A stretch of 64,000 bases of DNA from Candidatus Omnitrophota bacterium (GTDB lineage: Bacteria; Omnitrophota; Gorgyraeia; Zapsychrales; Fredricksoniimonadaceae): contig JAGWOI010000012.1 in assembly GCA_028870995.1 (NCBI GenBank), forward strand, positions 1,501 through 65,500, written 5' to 3'. Shown piece after piece: positions 54,734 through 64,000 of the stretch (position 1 is the first letter of the stretch; the number at the start of each line of letters is the position of its first letter). The notes beneath the pieces were generated by a model. That model was not told the DNA's origin, did no database searches, and saw only the letters and a list, made by a program, of their open reading frames with translations. The position numbers and the translations under genes are program-made.

Positions 54734-55294
54734 TTAGACTTCTCGTAATTCTTTGCTTTTGCGCTCCAGCAAAGCATCTATCTCTTTGATGAAGCGATCG
54801 GTCATCTTCTGCACTTCTTCCTCGCCCTTGAACTTGTCGTCCTCGCTGACATGACCTTCGCTTAACATCTTTTTGATCTTATCGTTGGCATCGCGGCGGA
54901 TGGTACGCAGCGTAACGCGCCCGCGCTCTGCCATGTCCTTGCATACTTTAATAAATTCTTCCCGGCGTTCCGTAGACAACGGCGGAAAAACCAGGCGGAT
55001 CAACTTGCCGTCATTGGAGGGCGTTATCCCCAGCCTGGAGTTTTGAATAGCCTCTTCAATATCCTTGATGGCGTTGGCGTCCCACGGCTGGATCAATATC
55101 TGACGCGGATCCGGCGATGACACCGCCGCCAGCTGCTTGATGGGGGTCGATGTTTCATAATAATTGATATGCATGTCTTCGATCAATGCCGGCTGGGCCC
55201 TCCCGGTGCGCACTTCGGAAAATTCGCGCAGGGTGGTCTCCATCGTCTTCTTCATCTTGCCTTCGGTCTCTCTTAAAATTTCTTTGGCGGTCAT
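54734..55294 (-). CDS. frr: ribosome recycling factor
   Basis: 186 aa with the typical RRF sequence (...RTGRAQPALIEDMHINYYETSTPIKQLA...). Confidence 0.9.
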   Translation of the reverse strand: MTAKEILRETEGKMKKTMETTLREFSEVRTGRAQPALIEDMHINYYETSTPIKQLAAVSSPDPRQILIQPWDANAIKDIEEAIQNSRLGITPSNDGKLIRLVFPPLSTERREEFIKVCKDMAERGRVTLRTIRRDANDKIKKMLSEGHVSEDDKFKGEEEVQKMTDRFIKEIDALLERKSKELREV

Positions 55295-55303
55295 ATGAGC
55301 CTC

Positions 55304-56023
55304 CTACCGGACGATCGTGCCTATCTCTTCTCCGAAAATGACTTTCTTGATGTTCCCCTTTTGCAAAAGATCAAATACGATAATGGGGAGACTGTTGTCC
55401 ATGCACATGCTGATGGCGGTGGCATCCATCACCTTCAAATCTTTCTTCAAGACATCGATAAATTTGAGGCTCTTGAACTTCTTGGCGTCCTTGTGCTTGA
55501 CCGGGTCCGCCGAATAAACACCATCGACCTTGGTGGCCTTCATGATCACATCGCAGCCGATCTCTGTGGCCCGCAAGGACGCGGCTGTGTCCGTGGTGAA
55601 ATAAGGATTGCCCGTCCCAGCCACAAAAATGATCACGCGCCTTTTTTCAAGATGGCGGATGGCACGGCGCAAAATATAGGGTTCGGCAATGGCATGCATT
55701 TGGATGGCCGTCATCACCCTGGTCTGGACCCCGATCTGCTCCAGGGCGTTCTGCAAGGCTAGGCCGTTCATGACCGTGGCCAACATGCCCATGTAATCCG
55801 CCACCGAACGGTCGAGCCCAAAACGCTCGGTTTCCAGGCGCCCCCGAAAAATATTGCCGCCGCCGACAACCAGGGCCATTTGAACGCCGGCCTCATGCAC
55901 TTCCTTGATCTGGCCCGCCAGAGAAGCGCACATGTCCGCGTCGATGCCGTGCTGCTGGCGCCCCAATAAAGCCTCGCCGCTTATTTTAAGCAATACTCTT
56001 TTATAAACAGGCCCTTTTTTCAA
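55304..56023 (-). CDS. pyrH: UMP kinase
   Basis: 239 aa. [13 protein letters not shown]...[11 protein letters not shown]...[12 protein letters not shown]. Confidence 0.9.
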   Translation of the reverse strand: MKKGPVYKRVLLKISGEALLGRQQHGIDADMCASLAGQIKEVHEAGVQMALVVGGGNIFRGRLETERFGLDRSVADYMGMLATVMNGLALQNALEQIGVQTRVMTAIQMHAIAEPYILRRAIRHLEKRRVIIFVAGTGNPYFTTDTAASLRATEIGCDVIMKATKVDGVYSADPVKHKDAKKFKSLKFIDVLKKDLKVMDATAISMCMDNSLPIIVFDLLQKGNIKKVIFGEEIGTIVR

Positions 56024-56025
56024 AA

Positions 56026-56553
56026 CTATTCCCCGACTTTAAAACGCACAAAGCGGCCAACCACGATATTTTCACCGATCTTGGCCACCAGTTCGTTCAA
56101 CAAATCCTGAATACTCTTACCCGGGTCTTTGACATAAGCCTGGGACAAAAGGCAATGGGCTTTGATGTAAGCATCCTTATCGTGCTCCTTGCCCAAGATC
56201 TCCGCCGGCACGTCTTCCTTCCTAATATATTTAGGGTTCATGGCCGCGATGTGCAGGGCCAGATCTCGGGTAAATTGGCAAAAGTCCTCGTTACGGGCCA
56301 CGAAATCGGTCTCGCAATTGACTTCGATAACGACACCGATCTTATTGCCGTTATGGATATACGCTTCAACCCGGCCTTCCTTCGCCGCACGGTCACCCTT
56401 TTTGGCCGCCATCTCAAGGCCGCGTTTACGTAACAGCTCCTTGGCCTTGGCAAAATCACCCTTGGCCTCTTCCAGGGCCTTTTTACAATCGATAACGCCG
56501 CAGGAAGTCTCTTCCCTCAAGCGCTTAATATCGTCCGCTGTTGTCATCATCAT
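56026..56553 (-). CDS. tsf: elongation factor Ts (short form)
   Basis: 175 aa. [34 protein letters not shown] (UBA-like N-terminal domain) and the [20 protein letters not shown] core. Confidence 0.8.
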   Translation of the reverse strand: MMMTTADDIKRLREETSCGVIDCKKALEEAKGDFAKAKELLRKRGLEMAAKKGDRAAKEGRVEAYIHNGNKIGVVIEVNCETDFVARNEDFCQFTRDLALHIAAMNPKYIRKEDVPAEILGKEHDKDAYIKAHCLLSQAYVKDPGKSIQDLLNELVAKIGENIVVGRFVRFKVGE

Positions 56554-57287
56554 TATACCGTCACTTCCTGTTTTTGAGCTTCCTGTTGGACCTTTTTGCC
56601 TGCTGCATATTCTTTCTGGCCTTCCATCACGCTGTCCACCATCAGGCTGGTGATGAATTTGATGGATTTAACGGCATCATCGTTGCCGGGTATAGGATAT
56701 TGGACCAAATCAGGATCGGAATTGGTGTCGATCAGGCCGAACACCGGGATACCCAAACGGTTGGCCTCGGCCACCGCGATCTCTTCCTTCTTGGTATCCA
56801 CAATAAAAATACCTTGAGGGATGACACCCATCTCGCGGATACCGCCCAAATCGCGGATCAGGCGCTCTTTTTCTTTCATTAATAAAGAAGCTTCCTTCTT
56901 GGTAAGACGGTCGATGGTTCCGTTGACTTCCATTTTCTCGATATCGACCAGCTTACGCACGGATCTTTTAACGGTCTCCAGATTGGTCAACAGACCGCCC
57001 ATCCAGCGGTTCTTCACATAGAACATGCCGCAGCGCTGGGCCTCTTCTTCAATGACCTGCTGGGCCTGTTTCTTGGTGCCTACAAAAAGGATTTTGCCGC
57101 CCTTGGAGGCGATATCGCGGATGGCGTCGCGGGCCGCGTTCAAGCGCTCCACGGTCTTTTCCAGGTCAATGATGTAAATGCCGCCCCGTTCACCGAAAAT
57201 GAACCTTTTCATCTTGGGGTTCCAACGGCGGCTCTGGTGGCCGAAATGGACACCGGCTTCCAACAATTTCTTGATCAATTCTGTTGC
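56553..57287 (-). CDS. rpsB: 30S ribosomal protein S2
   Basis: Start taken at MATELIKKLLEAGVHFGHQSRRWNPKM (57287). Classic rpsB-tsf-pyrH-frr order. Confidence 0.9.
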   Translation of the reverse strand, partial: ATELIKKLLEAGVHFGHQSRRWNPKMKRFIFGERGGIYIIDLEKTVERLNAARDAIRDIASKGGKILFVGTKKQAQQVIEEEAQRCGMFYVKNRWMGGLLTNLETVKRSVRKLVDIEKMEVNGTIDRLTKKEASLLMKEKERLIRDLGGIREMGVIPQGIFIVDTKKEEIAVAEANRLGIPVFGLIDTNSDPDLVQYPIPGNDDAVKSIKFITSLMVDSVMEGQKEYAAGKKVQQEAQKQEVTV

Positions 57288-57465
57288 CATAAGTGATGCA
57301 TCCTCTCTTGTTGTTTCCGCCGGCAGACTATGGAACAATCAGGTCAAGGCGGAACTTTTGGGTTAAAGCCTGCCTTTGGGTTTAGCCTCATGCCCCCCAA
57401 AGGCGGCCAAAATTGAACCTCTACTATAAACAAAGACAACTACTTTTGCAATAGATTTTTAAGAC

Positions 57466-59262
57466 TTAAACCGTGCGGAATTGGGTTTCGTAAAGCCTGC
57501 GGTACAAGGGGCAGGAGAACAACAAATCATCGTGTTTGCCGATCCCTACGATCTTGCCGTGTTCCAATACCACAATTTTATCCGCCTTCATGATGGTGGA
57601 CAGCCGGTGCGCGATGGCAATGACCGTTCGCCCCACCATCAATTTATCCAGGGCTTCCTGGACATATTTTTCCGATTCCGAATCCAGCTGGGAGGTGGCT
57701 TCGTCCAGGATGAGGATCGGAGGGTTCTTCAAAATGGCCCGCGCGATGGTCAGGCGCTGCTTCTCCCCTCCGGAAAGCCTGAAGCCGCGGTCACCGATGA
57801 CCGTATCAAAACCTTTGGGCATTTTCGCGATAAACGGGGCGGCGAAAGCCATTTCCGCAGCCTGCTCGACCCTTTCCGGGGGCACATCAAAGGTACCGTA
57901 GGCGATATTGTTTTTGACCGAATCATTGAAAAGAATGGCTTCCTGGGTCACGATCCCCACCTGGCCCCGCAACGATTTAAAAGAGATATCCTTGACATCA
58001 ACGCCGTCAAATAAAATACGGCCCTTGGTCACATCATAAAAACGGGGAATCAGATTGACAAGGGTTGACTTGCCTGAACCGGTTGGGCCAACGACAGCCA
58101 CCAGCTCCCCCTTTTTAATGTTCAAATTGATCTCCTGCAGCACTTCGCCCGAGGCCGCCTCGTAATGAAAATTAATATTTTCAATACTGATCTTGTCTTT
58201 AAAGATGTCCGCCTCAACAGCATCCTGTTTCTCAACCACCGTAGGTTTGGTCTCCAGCACATCATAAATACGAATATTGGCGACCAGGGCCGCTTGAATA
58301 ATGGTCACCACGTTGGCTATGCGTTTGACCGGCCGTATGACCTGGGTGATCGCGACCAGCGAAAGAGCAAAGATACCGAAGGACAATTGGCCGCGCAGCA
58401 CATCGATCCCCAGGATCCAAAGAGCTATCACCGTACAGATCGCCCCCGCTTCCTCGGTAATGGGCCCCATCATGTTCTGGTTGATGAAATTCTTCATGCG
58501 AAGGCGGTAATAGTCGAGGCTCTGTTGACGAAAACGCTGGATCTCATATTTTTCCGTGCAGAAAGCCTTGAGGATGCGCACACCCGATATGGTCTCCAGC
58601 AGGTGAGAATTGATGTCCGCCATTTTTTCCTGAGTGTTCCTGGCGATCTTCCGCAGCTTTTTATTGATCAAGGCCATAGGAATGCCGATCAGGGGGAATA
58701 ATATAAAAACGATCAGGGTCCCTTTGGTATTCACGACAAGGGACATGCCCAAAAAGACTATCATCAGGATGGGCTGCTTGACGATATCAGTCACCGCATA
58801 GGAGACGGCGTTTTCAATGGTGCCGACATCATTGGTGATGCGGGAAACCAGCTCGCCGGTGCGTTTGCGGCTGAAAAAATCCAAAGACAAGGTCTGCATG
58901 CGTTCGAAAAGCTTGGTGCGCACATCCCGCATGACGCCCTGGGCGATATCATTCATGAAATAATCGCTAAAAAACAAAACCACCTGTTTAAGGGTAAAGA
59001 GCCCCAGGAAAATCGCCGGTATCATCCAGAACAAGGTATAGTTGTCGGTGTTGTTTAGATTTTGAATGATCTGTGTCAGAAAATGCGGAATTTTATTATG
59101 GATAACGATGGGCTTATTTTCAAAAATACGGTCGATGACAGGAGCAATGAACGAAAATTGAATCCCTTCAAACAGCGAAGAAAGGATAATGAAGAAAATC
59201 GCAACACCCAAACGCTTTTCGAAGCCTTTAAGGAACCTCAGTAATTTCAAATAATTTTGCAT
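57466..59262 (-). CDS. msbA: ABC transporter, fused permease/ATPase (MsbA-like lipid A/lipid exporter)
   Basis: Start taken at MQNYLKLLRFL (59262). Six TM helices, then an NBD with Walker A GPTGSGKST, the signature LSGGEKQR and Walker B ILILDEAT. The ORF-track N-terminal extension to 59445 is rejected. Confidence 0.8.
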   Translation of the reverse strand: MQNYLKLLRFLKGFEKRLGVAIFFIILSSLFEGIQFSFIAPVIDRIFENKPIVIHNKIPHFLTQIIQNLNNTDNYTLFWMIPAIFLGLFTLKQVVLFFSDYFMNDIAQGVMRDVRTKLFERMQTLSLDFFSRKRTGELVSRITNDVGTIENAVSYAVTDIVKQPILMIVFLGMSLVVNTKGTLIVFILFPLIGIPMALINKKLRKIARNTQEKMADINSHLLETISGVRILKAFCTEKYEIQRFRQQSLDYYRLRMKNFINQNMMGPITEEAGAICTVIALWILGIDVLRGQLSFGIFALSLVAITQVIRPVKRIANVVTIIQAALVANIRIYDVLETKPTVVEKQDAVEADIFKDKISIENINFHYEAASGEVLQEINLNIKKGELVAVVGPTGSGKSTLVNLIPRFYDVTKGRILFDGVDVKDISFKSLRGQVGIVTQEAILFNDSVKNNIAYGTFDVPPERVEQAAEMAFAAPFIAKMPKGFDTVIGDRGFRLSGGEKQRLTIARAILKNPPILILDEATSQLDSESEKYVQEALDKLMVGRTVIAIAHRLSTIMKADKIVVLEHGKIVGIGKHDDLLFSCPLYRRLYETQFRTV

Positions 59263-59287
59263 AGGATTTCGTAATTTAGCATGGGGT

Positions 59288-59316
59288 TTGACAATTTGCA
59301 ACGGCTTTGTTATTGT
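59288..59316 (+). promoter_or_regulatory. sigma70-like promoter TTGACA, 17-nt spacer, TATTGT; the predicted transcript start is at or next to the ATG at 59323 (possibly leaderless)
   Basis: ttgacaatttgcaacggctttgttattgt, followed by tgtgacATGcgt with no Shine-Dalgarno. Confidence 0.3.
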
Positions 59317-59322
59317 TGTGAC

Positions 59323-60255
59323 ATGCGTAAAATAAATATGGCGCTTGTCGGCTGCGGCTTCCTGGGGCAGCGCCATCTCAAATGCCTTCATACCCTTAAG
59401 AACAAGGCCAATATCACGGCCATCTGCGACCATAACGTGGAACACGGCAGATCACTGGGCAAACAATACCGCCTGCCGGTAGTGCAGGATTACCGTGACA
59501 TAGGAGCTGTGGACGCGGTCAGCATATGCACGCCCACGGTCACCCATGCCGAGATCGCCACTCATTTCCTTAATAAAGGCATTCATACCTTTGTTGAAAA
59601 ACCCATCACCTACAGCTTGGAAGAAGCCGATCAACTGATCCGTTTAGCCCGGCAAAACAACCTTAAATTACAAGTGGGCCACGTGGAACGCTTTAACAGC
59701 GCCTTTACAACCATTGAACCCATTGCCCAGAACCCCCTGTTTGTGGAATGTCACCGCCTTAATCTGTTCCCCAACCGTTCCCTGGATATCGGCGTTGTCA
59801 TGGACTTGATGATCCATGACATTGACATCATCCTGGGCCTGGTCAAATCCCCTTTAAAAGACATCCAGGCGGTCGGCATCAATGTCCTGACCGACAAAGA
59901 AGACATCGCCAATTGTCGTCTCACCTTTGCCAACGGCTGTGTCTGCAATGTTACGGCCAGCCGGATCTCCCCTGAGGTGACCCGTAAAATCCGCATGTTC
60001 ACCCAGAACGCCTACATCTCCCTTGACTATGCCAAGCAGGAAGCCAGCATCTACATGAAGGATGCGCGCGGCATTCACAAACGCAACATACCCATCGAAA
60101 AGGAAGAACCTCTCAAGAAAGAGCTTGAGCATTTCCTTGACTGCGTGCGTGAAGACAATTCCCCCAAGGTCTCCGGGGCTGAAGGCCGTGAAGCCCTTAA
60201 AGTAGCCCTGGACATCACCCAAAAAATATGGGAACACCGTCAAAGCATATTATGA
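59323..60255 (+). CDS. Gfo/Idh/MocA-family NAD(P)-dependent oxidoreductase (GnnA-like candidate; see findings)
   Basis: MRKINMALVGCGFLGQRHLK (Rossmann)...FVEKPITYSLEEADQL...VGHVERF are the family hallmarks. Its stop overlaps the lpxB start (ATGA). Confidence 0.7.
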   Translation: MRKINMALVGCGFLGQRHLKCLHTLKNKANITAICDHNVEHGRSLGKQYRLPVVQDYRDIGAVDAVSICTPTVTHAEIATHFLNKGIHTFVEKPITYSLEEADQLIRLARQNNLKLQVGHVERFNSAFTTIEPIAQNPLFVECHRLNLFPNRSLDIGVVMDLMIHDIDIILGLVKSPLKDIQAVGINVLTDKEDIANCRLTFANGCVCNVTASRISPEVTRKIRMFTQNAYISLDYAKQEASIYMKDARGIHKRNIPIEKEEPLKKELEHFLDCVREDNSPKVSGAEGREALKVALDITQKIWEHRQSIL

Positions 60256-61436
60256 TCGTGGCCGGGGAAGCCTCCGGCGATATGCGCGCGGCGGGTGTCG
60301 CCCGTGCCTTAAAACAGCTTGATCCTGCCCTGCGCCTCAGCGGTATCGGCGGGGAGCACATGCGCAGGGCCGGTGTGGAATGTTTTTGCGACATCACCGA
60401 ACTGGCCGTTATCGGCATCGCCGAAGTCGTCAAAAATTTCAGCCGGATAAAAAAAGTATTTCGACAGACCCTCAAACGGATCGATGCCCAGCCTCTTGAT
60501 GCCGTGGTTCTGGTCGATTACCCGGGATTCAATCTCCGCCTGGCCAAGGAAATAAAAAAAAGGGGCATCAAGGTCATTTACTATGTTTCTCCCCAGGTCT
60601 GGGCCTGGCGGGAAAAAAGGATATGGAAGATAAAAAACCTGGTTGACCGGATGATCGTCTTATTTCCTTTTGAGAAGGACTTGTACGGGAAATACGGCAT
60701 GGCTGTCGATTATACAGGCCATCCCCTGGTAGACGAGATCAACGTGGGCCATGACCAGACCGAGGTTTTAAAGACCCTCGGTCTTTCCGTCAGCAAGACC
60801 ACGATAGGCCTTATGCCCGGATCGAGGATCAAGGAAGTGGAACGCCACCTGCCCTGCATGCTGGAAGCGGCCAAGATCCTTTTTAGCCGTAATCAGGAGC
60901 GGCAATTCATCCTGCTTAAGGCCGGCTCCATCCCCCTTGAACTCATCAACCCCATCCTCCGATCCGCCGACATGGACGCGGCCATGACCCTGCCCCATGT
61001 TCCCGCTCACGAAGCCAAAAGATTACTGGGCTCATTTGAAGAAACAGAACAATTCCCGCTTAAAATTTATGACGGCCCCACCTATGACGGCATCAACGCC
61101 ATGGATGCCTGTATGGTTGCCTCCGGCACGGCCACACTTGAATGCGCTCTGCTTAAAAAACCCATGGTCATCATTTACAAAACCTCATGGCTGACCTACA
61201 GCATTGCCAAAGCCGTCATTAAAATTCCTTATATCGGGTTGGTTAATGTGGTGGCAGGCAGGAAGATCGTTGATGAATTGATCCAGGAGGATGCCACCCC
61301 TGTCAACATCGCAAATAAGCTGGAGAAAGCTGTCTACGATCACCACCTTGTCGACGCACTGGCCGCCGTCAAAGACGCACTGGGAGAACCCGGCGCCAGC
61401 CTGCGGGCGGCGAAGGCCGTTCTGGGATCCCTCTAA
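60252..61436 (+). CDS. lpxB: lipid-A-disaccharide synthase
   Basis: Start taken at MIVAGEASGDMRAAGVARALK... with DYPGFNLRLAKEIKKRGIKVIYYVSPQVWAWR and LMPGSR, all LpxB-typical. Confidence 0.85.
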   Translation: MIVAGEASGDMRAAGVARALKQLDPALRLSGIGGEHMRRAGVECFCDITELAVIGIAEVVKNFSRIKKVFRQTLKRIDAQPLDAVVLVDYPGFNLRLAKEIKKRGIKVIYYVSPQVWAWREKRIWKIKNLVDRMIVLFPFEKDLYGKYGMAVDYTGHPLVDEINVGHDQTEVLKTLGLSVSKTTIGLMPGSRIKEVERHLPCMLEAAKILFSRNQERQFILLKAGSIPLELINPILRSADMDAAMTLPHVPAHEAKRLLGSFEETEQFPLKIYDGPTYDGINAMDACMVASGTATLECALLKKPMVIIYKTSWLTYSIAKAVIKIPYIGLVNVVAGRKIVDELIQEDATPVNIANKLEKAVYDHHLVDALAAVKDALGEPGASLRAAKAVLGSL

Positions 61437-64000
61437 TGTGCATTGCTGATCCCTAAAAAATCCTGCAGATTCCCCAAGGGTTGAATATCGATGATCTCCG
61501 GCATAAAGCCGGCGGAGTTGCGCAGCCGCTCCAGTTGTGATGAAGCAAGCTTGAATTTTATCGACAGTCCCGCGCTGCGCACTTGTAAACCCGCTGCGAC
61601 AGGAGTCAGATCAATACCGCCGGTCTTCTTTTGCGATGCTGACATGGCGCGGTCCGGGACTTCGTAAGAGACCGTCAGGCTGGGCAGGCGCTTATTGACA
61701 ATGATAAAGGAGTCCCCGTTCCTGACCCCAATGACCATCGGGCTTTCCGGATCGCCCAATTGAAAGGAGCCGTTGACGGGTTTCACATAACCTTGATTCT
61801 TTTCGTCCCGCAGAATAAAGCTCCCATCCGGCCGTCTTTCTATAACAACAGAGACACTGCCGTTGCCGGTCAACACAATGTCCCCATGCCGCCAATCGAC
61901 CCTCTGGCGGCCGTCAGTTGCCAAAACAATGGATTTAGAAATAAAATAGGAAGACGTCATTGCGCGATCATCCATGGCCGAGGGGCCGCCTATAAGCGTG
62001 TGCGTCTCCCTGCGCATCACGGCAAAGACATCTCTCCAGGGAGCGAGGCCGTCAATATCAATATGAAAGGGGGCATGGAACAAAATCATTCCTTGCGCCG
62101 TTTCGTATTCCCATACGATCACAGGAGAACTTGACGTTTCATAATCTATGCCTGTCAGCTTGCTGCCGTCCGTAAAGGTAAATTCTCTATATCTTCCCTT
62201 GGGAGAAACCAAATCTTTTATGCCCGAATCCCCATTGGTGGACAACTGGTCGGGCCAAACAATCATGGCCTGATCGGGCGGTGAAATCAGCAAGTCTCTT
62301 AATTCCCGGCCGGTGCCGATCACCTCCAAACCAAATTCTTCGGCCCGTAATCTCACTTGGGTCCGGTAGTCATTCACCACTTCCAAACCATGCCGGCCCA
62401 TTTGAGTCGACACCTTTGGATCAGCCATCAGCCTCAGGAAATTTTTAAAATTAAAAACTTCGGCGGCCCCTCCATTGGACAAGGCCTCCTTGCCTTCCTT
62501 GTTATAGGTCCAATCACCTTCAAAATACAGCACCGCAGCTCCCTGGCTGGCTGGTTCGAAAATGTTCCTGTCATCGCCGATGACCGCCACATCAGCCAGG
62601 CCGTACATTTCCCGCAGTTCCCCGTTGGTGTTAAGGATAAGCACATTATGATCCGCCAAACGGGGCATCGGCGCCGCATCGTCACTGCGCACCACGATGG
62701 ACTGGCCGGAGAGGCTGCCTAATAATTTCAACTCCCCCTGGTCACGCCTTTGCCTGAAACCAATGATCAGCAACGGCCTCTGGGAATAAGGAAGGTTCCC
62801 GTAAAGCGTATTATAAGTGTCCATAAATTCGCCGAATTCCTCATCTGAGGGAGAGCCGATGACAATGACTTTTCTTGAAGCCGTACCCAATTCTTCCTTT
62901 AATTCCCCCATTCTTGCCGAAATCTTGGCTGGAAGATTGAATTTAAAAGGAACGTAGGGCAAATCCACAAAAACCCCTTCTCCGGCACGCGTTACGGTGA
63001 TCCCTTCAAAATCATGAAAATCCAAGTGAATGACATCTGGCCGATAAAATCCTTTAAAGGCACGGATCTCATAACCGGGAAAAAGTTTGGCAGCCTGACG
63101 GGCATCGATCTCATCGCTGTACAAAATAATGATTTTCTGTTTATCGAGACCCATGGCCTGAATGAGGCCCCGCGTAGCATTAACAGCAGCCATTTCATAG
63201 ACCCTTACGGCGAACTTGAACGGTGAGTTATTCAAGGTCCAGGCAACCCTTCTTTTCAAAGCAGCCAAGAAAGCCGAAGGATTATTCATCAGGCCGGCAT
63301 AATTACCGACCAATTCCTTTTCCAGAGAATATACGGATTTATGTTGCAAAGAAAATTCTGCATCGGCCATGCTCCCCCTGATCAGTGAAGCAAATATTTG
63401 AAACAATTCTCTTAATTCACCCAATTTCCACTCTGACACCTGATAAGCCGCCGTTGGTTTATCCTTCAACAAGAGAAGCAGTTTTAAGTAATAGGCAAAA
63501 GCACCATCAGGAAGTAAATCCTTTCCATAAGCCGTCCTGAAAAGGGACTTAATATCATCATCGGTAAAACTCTCTTGCCGGGTTACAAATCCGGATTTTA
63601 TCAAGGCATCAAATAGGCTGATGACTGCCTCATGTGCCGGCCATTCGGGAGTCCTATTAAGGGTAAGAAGGAGCGCTATAAAACCCTTCTCCTTGATCTG
63701 CTGCGCAGTGATAAGCCTGGCCTTAATTAAGGAGCTCAAAACCTCTGCTATATCCCTGCGTAAGAAAACATGCGGCGATTGCATAAGCTCATCCGACAGA
63801 ATTTCCCACAAGTTATTATCCTCAACCTGCTGTCGATCAAGGTACCCGGCATTGATCAGCGAATTAAGCGTCTCGAGATTAACTTTGCGCAGAATGGCCT
63901 CCGGGCTGGTAAGGAAATTCTCTATAAGAGTCTGCAGCAGCTTATTTTTCATCAACTGTTGCTTATCGATGAGCCTGGACTTGATCAATTCATTCAGGAT
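61433..64000 (-). CDS. large multidomain hypothetical protein, N-terminus beyond the window: tandem ~40-aa helical repeats, central Kdo-transferase-C-terminal-like (GT-B half) domain, beta-rich C-terminal domain
   Basis: At least 851 aa; the frame stays open to position 64000. Repeats LNELIKSRLIDKQQLM / LNSLINAGYLDRQQVE / LSSLIKARLITAQQIKE / FDALIKSGFVTRQESF. The central NIFEPASQGAAVLYFEGDW parallels NIIEPASYGKAVIIGPH of the waaA product at 33141-34421. Confidence 0.5.
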   Translation of the reverse strand: MLNELIKSRLIDKQQLMKNKLLQTLIENFLTSPEAILRKVNLETLNSLINAGYLDRQQVEDNNLWEILSDELMQSPHVFLRRDIAEVLSSLIKARLITAQQIKEKGFIALLLTLNRTPEWPAHEAVISLFDALIKSGFVTRQESFTDDDIKSLFRTAYGKDLLPDGAFAYYLKLLLLLKDKPTAAYQVSEWKLGELRELFQIFASLIRGSMADAEFSLQHKSVYSLEKELVGNYAGLMNNPSAFLAALKRRVAWTLNNSPFKFAVRVYEMAAVNATRGLIQAMGLDKQKIIILYSDEIDARQAAKLFPGYEIRAFKGFYRPDVIHLDFHDFEGITVTRAGEGVFVDLPYVPFKFNLPAKISARMGELKEELGTASRKVIVIGSPSDEEFGEFMDTYNTLYGNLPYSQRPLLIIGFRQRRDQGELKLLGSLSGQSIVVRSDDAAPMPRLADHNVLILNTNGELREMYGLADVAVIGDDRNIFEPASQGAAVLYFEGDWTYNKEGKEALSNGGAAEVFNFKNFLRLMADPKVSTQMGRHGLEVVNDYRTQVRLRAEEFGLEVIGTGRELRDLLISPPDQAMIVWPDQLSTNGDSGIKDLVSPKGRYREFTFTDGSKLTGIDYETSSSPVIVWEYETAQGMILFHAPFHIDIDGLAPWRDVFAVMRRETHTLIGGPSAMDDRAMTSSYFISKSIVLATDGRQRVDWRHGDIVLTGNGSVSVVIERRPDGSFILRDEKNQGYVKPVNGSFQLGDPESPMVIGVRNGDSFIIVNKRLPSLTVSYEVPDRAMSASQKKTGGIDLTPVAAGLQVRSAGLSIKFKLASSQLERLRNSAGFMPEIIDIQPLGNLQDFLGISNAH

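Noticed and set aside
59263-59445. N-terminal extension of the msbA-like ORF to 59445 (MFHVMVADGR...)
   Set aside because: It would overlap the divergent oxidoreductase gene and its promoter. The MsbA-like TM domain begins at the Met at 59262.
1-64000. CRISPR arrays, IS elements, integrases, prophage genes
   Set aside because: I saw no direct-repeat arrays, transposase or integrase genes. XerC sits in the conserved smf-topA-xerC housekeeping context.

Overview
The window is a 64 kb stretch of a bacterial chromosome at about 50-52% GC. It is gene-dense and almost entirely coded on the minus strand. It looks like a diderm (LPS-producing) organism that keeps a Firmicute-like smf(dprA)-topA-xerC gene order. 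I found no IS elements, integrases or CRISPR arrays.

Most genes are housekeeping:
- Sugar and methyl-cycle metabolism: glgP (truncated at the edge), gpmI, ldhA, class II fba, pfkA, metK, ahcY.
- Translation: rpmB, argS, rsfS, and the rpsB-tsf-pyrH-frr operon.
- DNA and RNA handling: recJ, xerC, topA, dprA, prmA, arfB, SpoU methyltransferase, pepF.
- Amino-acid and cofactor synthesis: moaC, gpsA, aroK, aroE, leuA, ilvC.
- Two tRNA clusters: Gly-Tyr-Thr and Gly-Leu-Lys.
- A regulatory PTS module: ptsN-yvcK-ptsH-ptsI.

The window also contains a large LPS inner-core / lipid A locus on one strand: an Nnr epimerase domain, three GT9 heptosyltransferases, a GT4, a GT4-GT9 fusion, an LpxL-like acyltransferase fused to an ELM1-like domain, lpxK and waaA. 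A second lipid A locus (msbA-like divergent from a Gfo/Idh/MocA oxidoreductase and lpxB) lies near the 3' end.

The most unusual items are:
- An edge-truncated protein of more than 850 aa next to lpxB. It has tandem ~40-aa helical repeats, an embedded domain resembling the C-terminal half of Kdo transferase, and a beta-rich C-terminus.
- The LpxL-ELM1 and GT4-GT9 fusions.
- A standalone POTRA mini-protein and a secreted protein coupled to the prepilin peptidase.
- A nucleotidyltransferase with degenerate catalytic residues paired with a small basic protein.
- A 57-aa ORF missing from the ORF track.
- A terminator hairpin occluding the argS start.
- Duplicated extended -10 tRNA promoters.

Start codons are approximate, because the ORF track uses GTG and TTG as well as ATG. 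All calls come from reading the sequence and translations by eye; no database searches were run.
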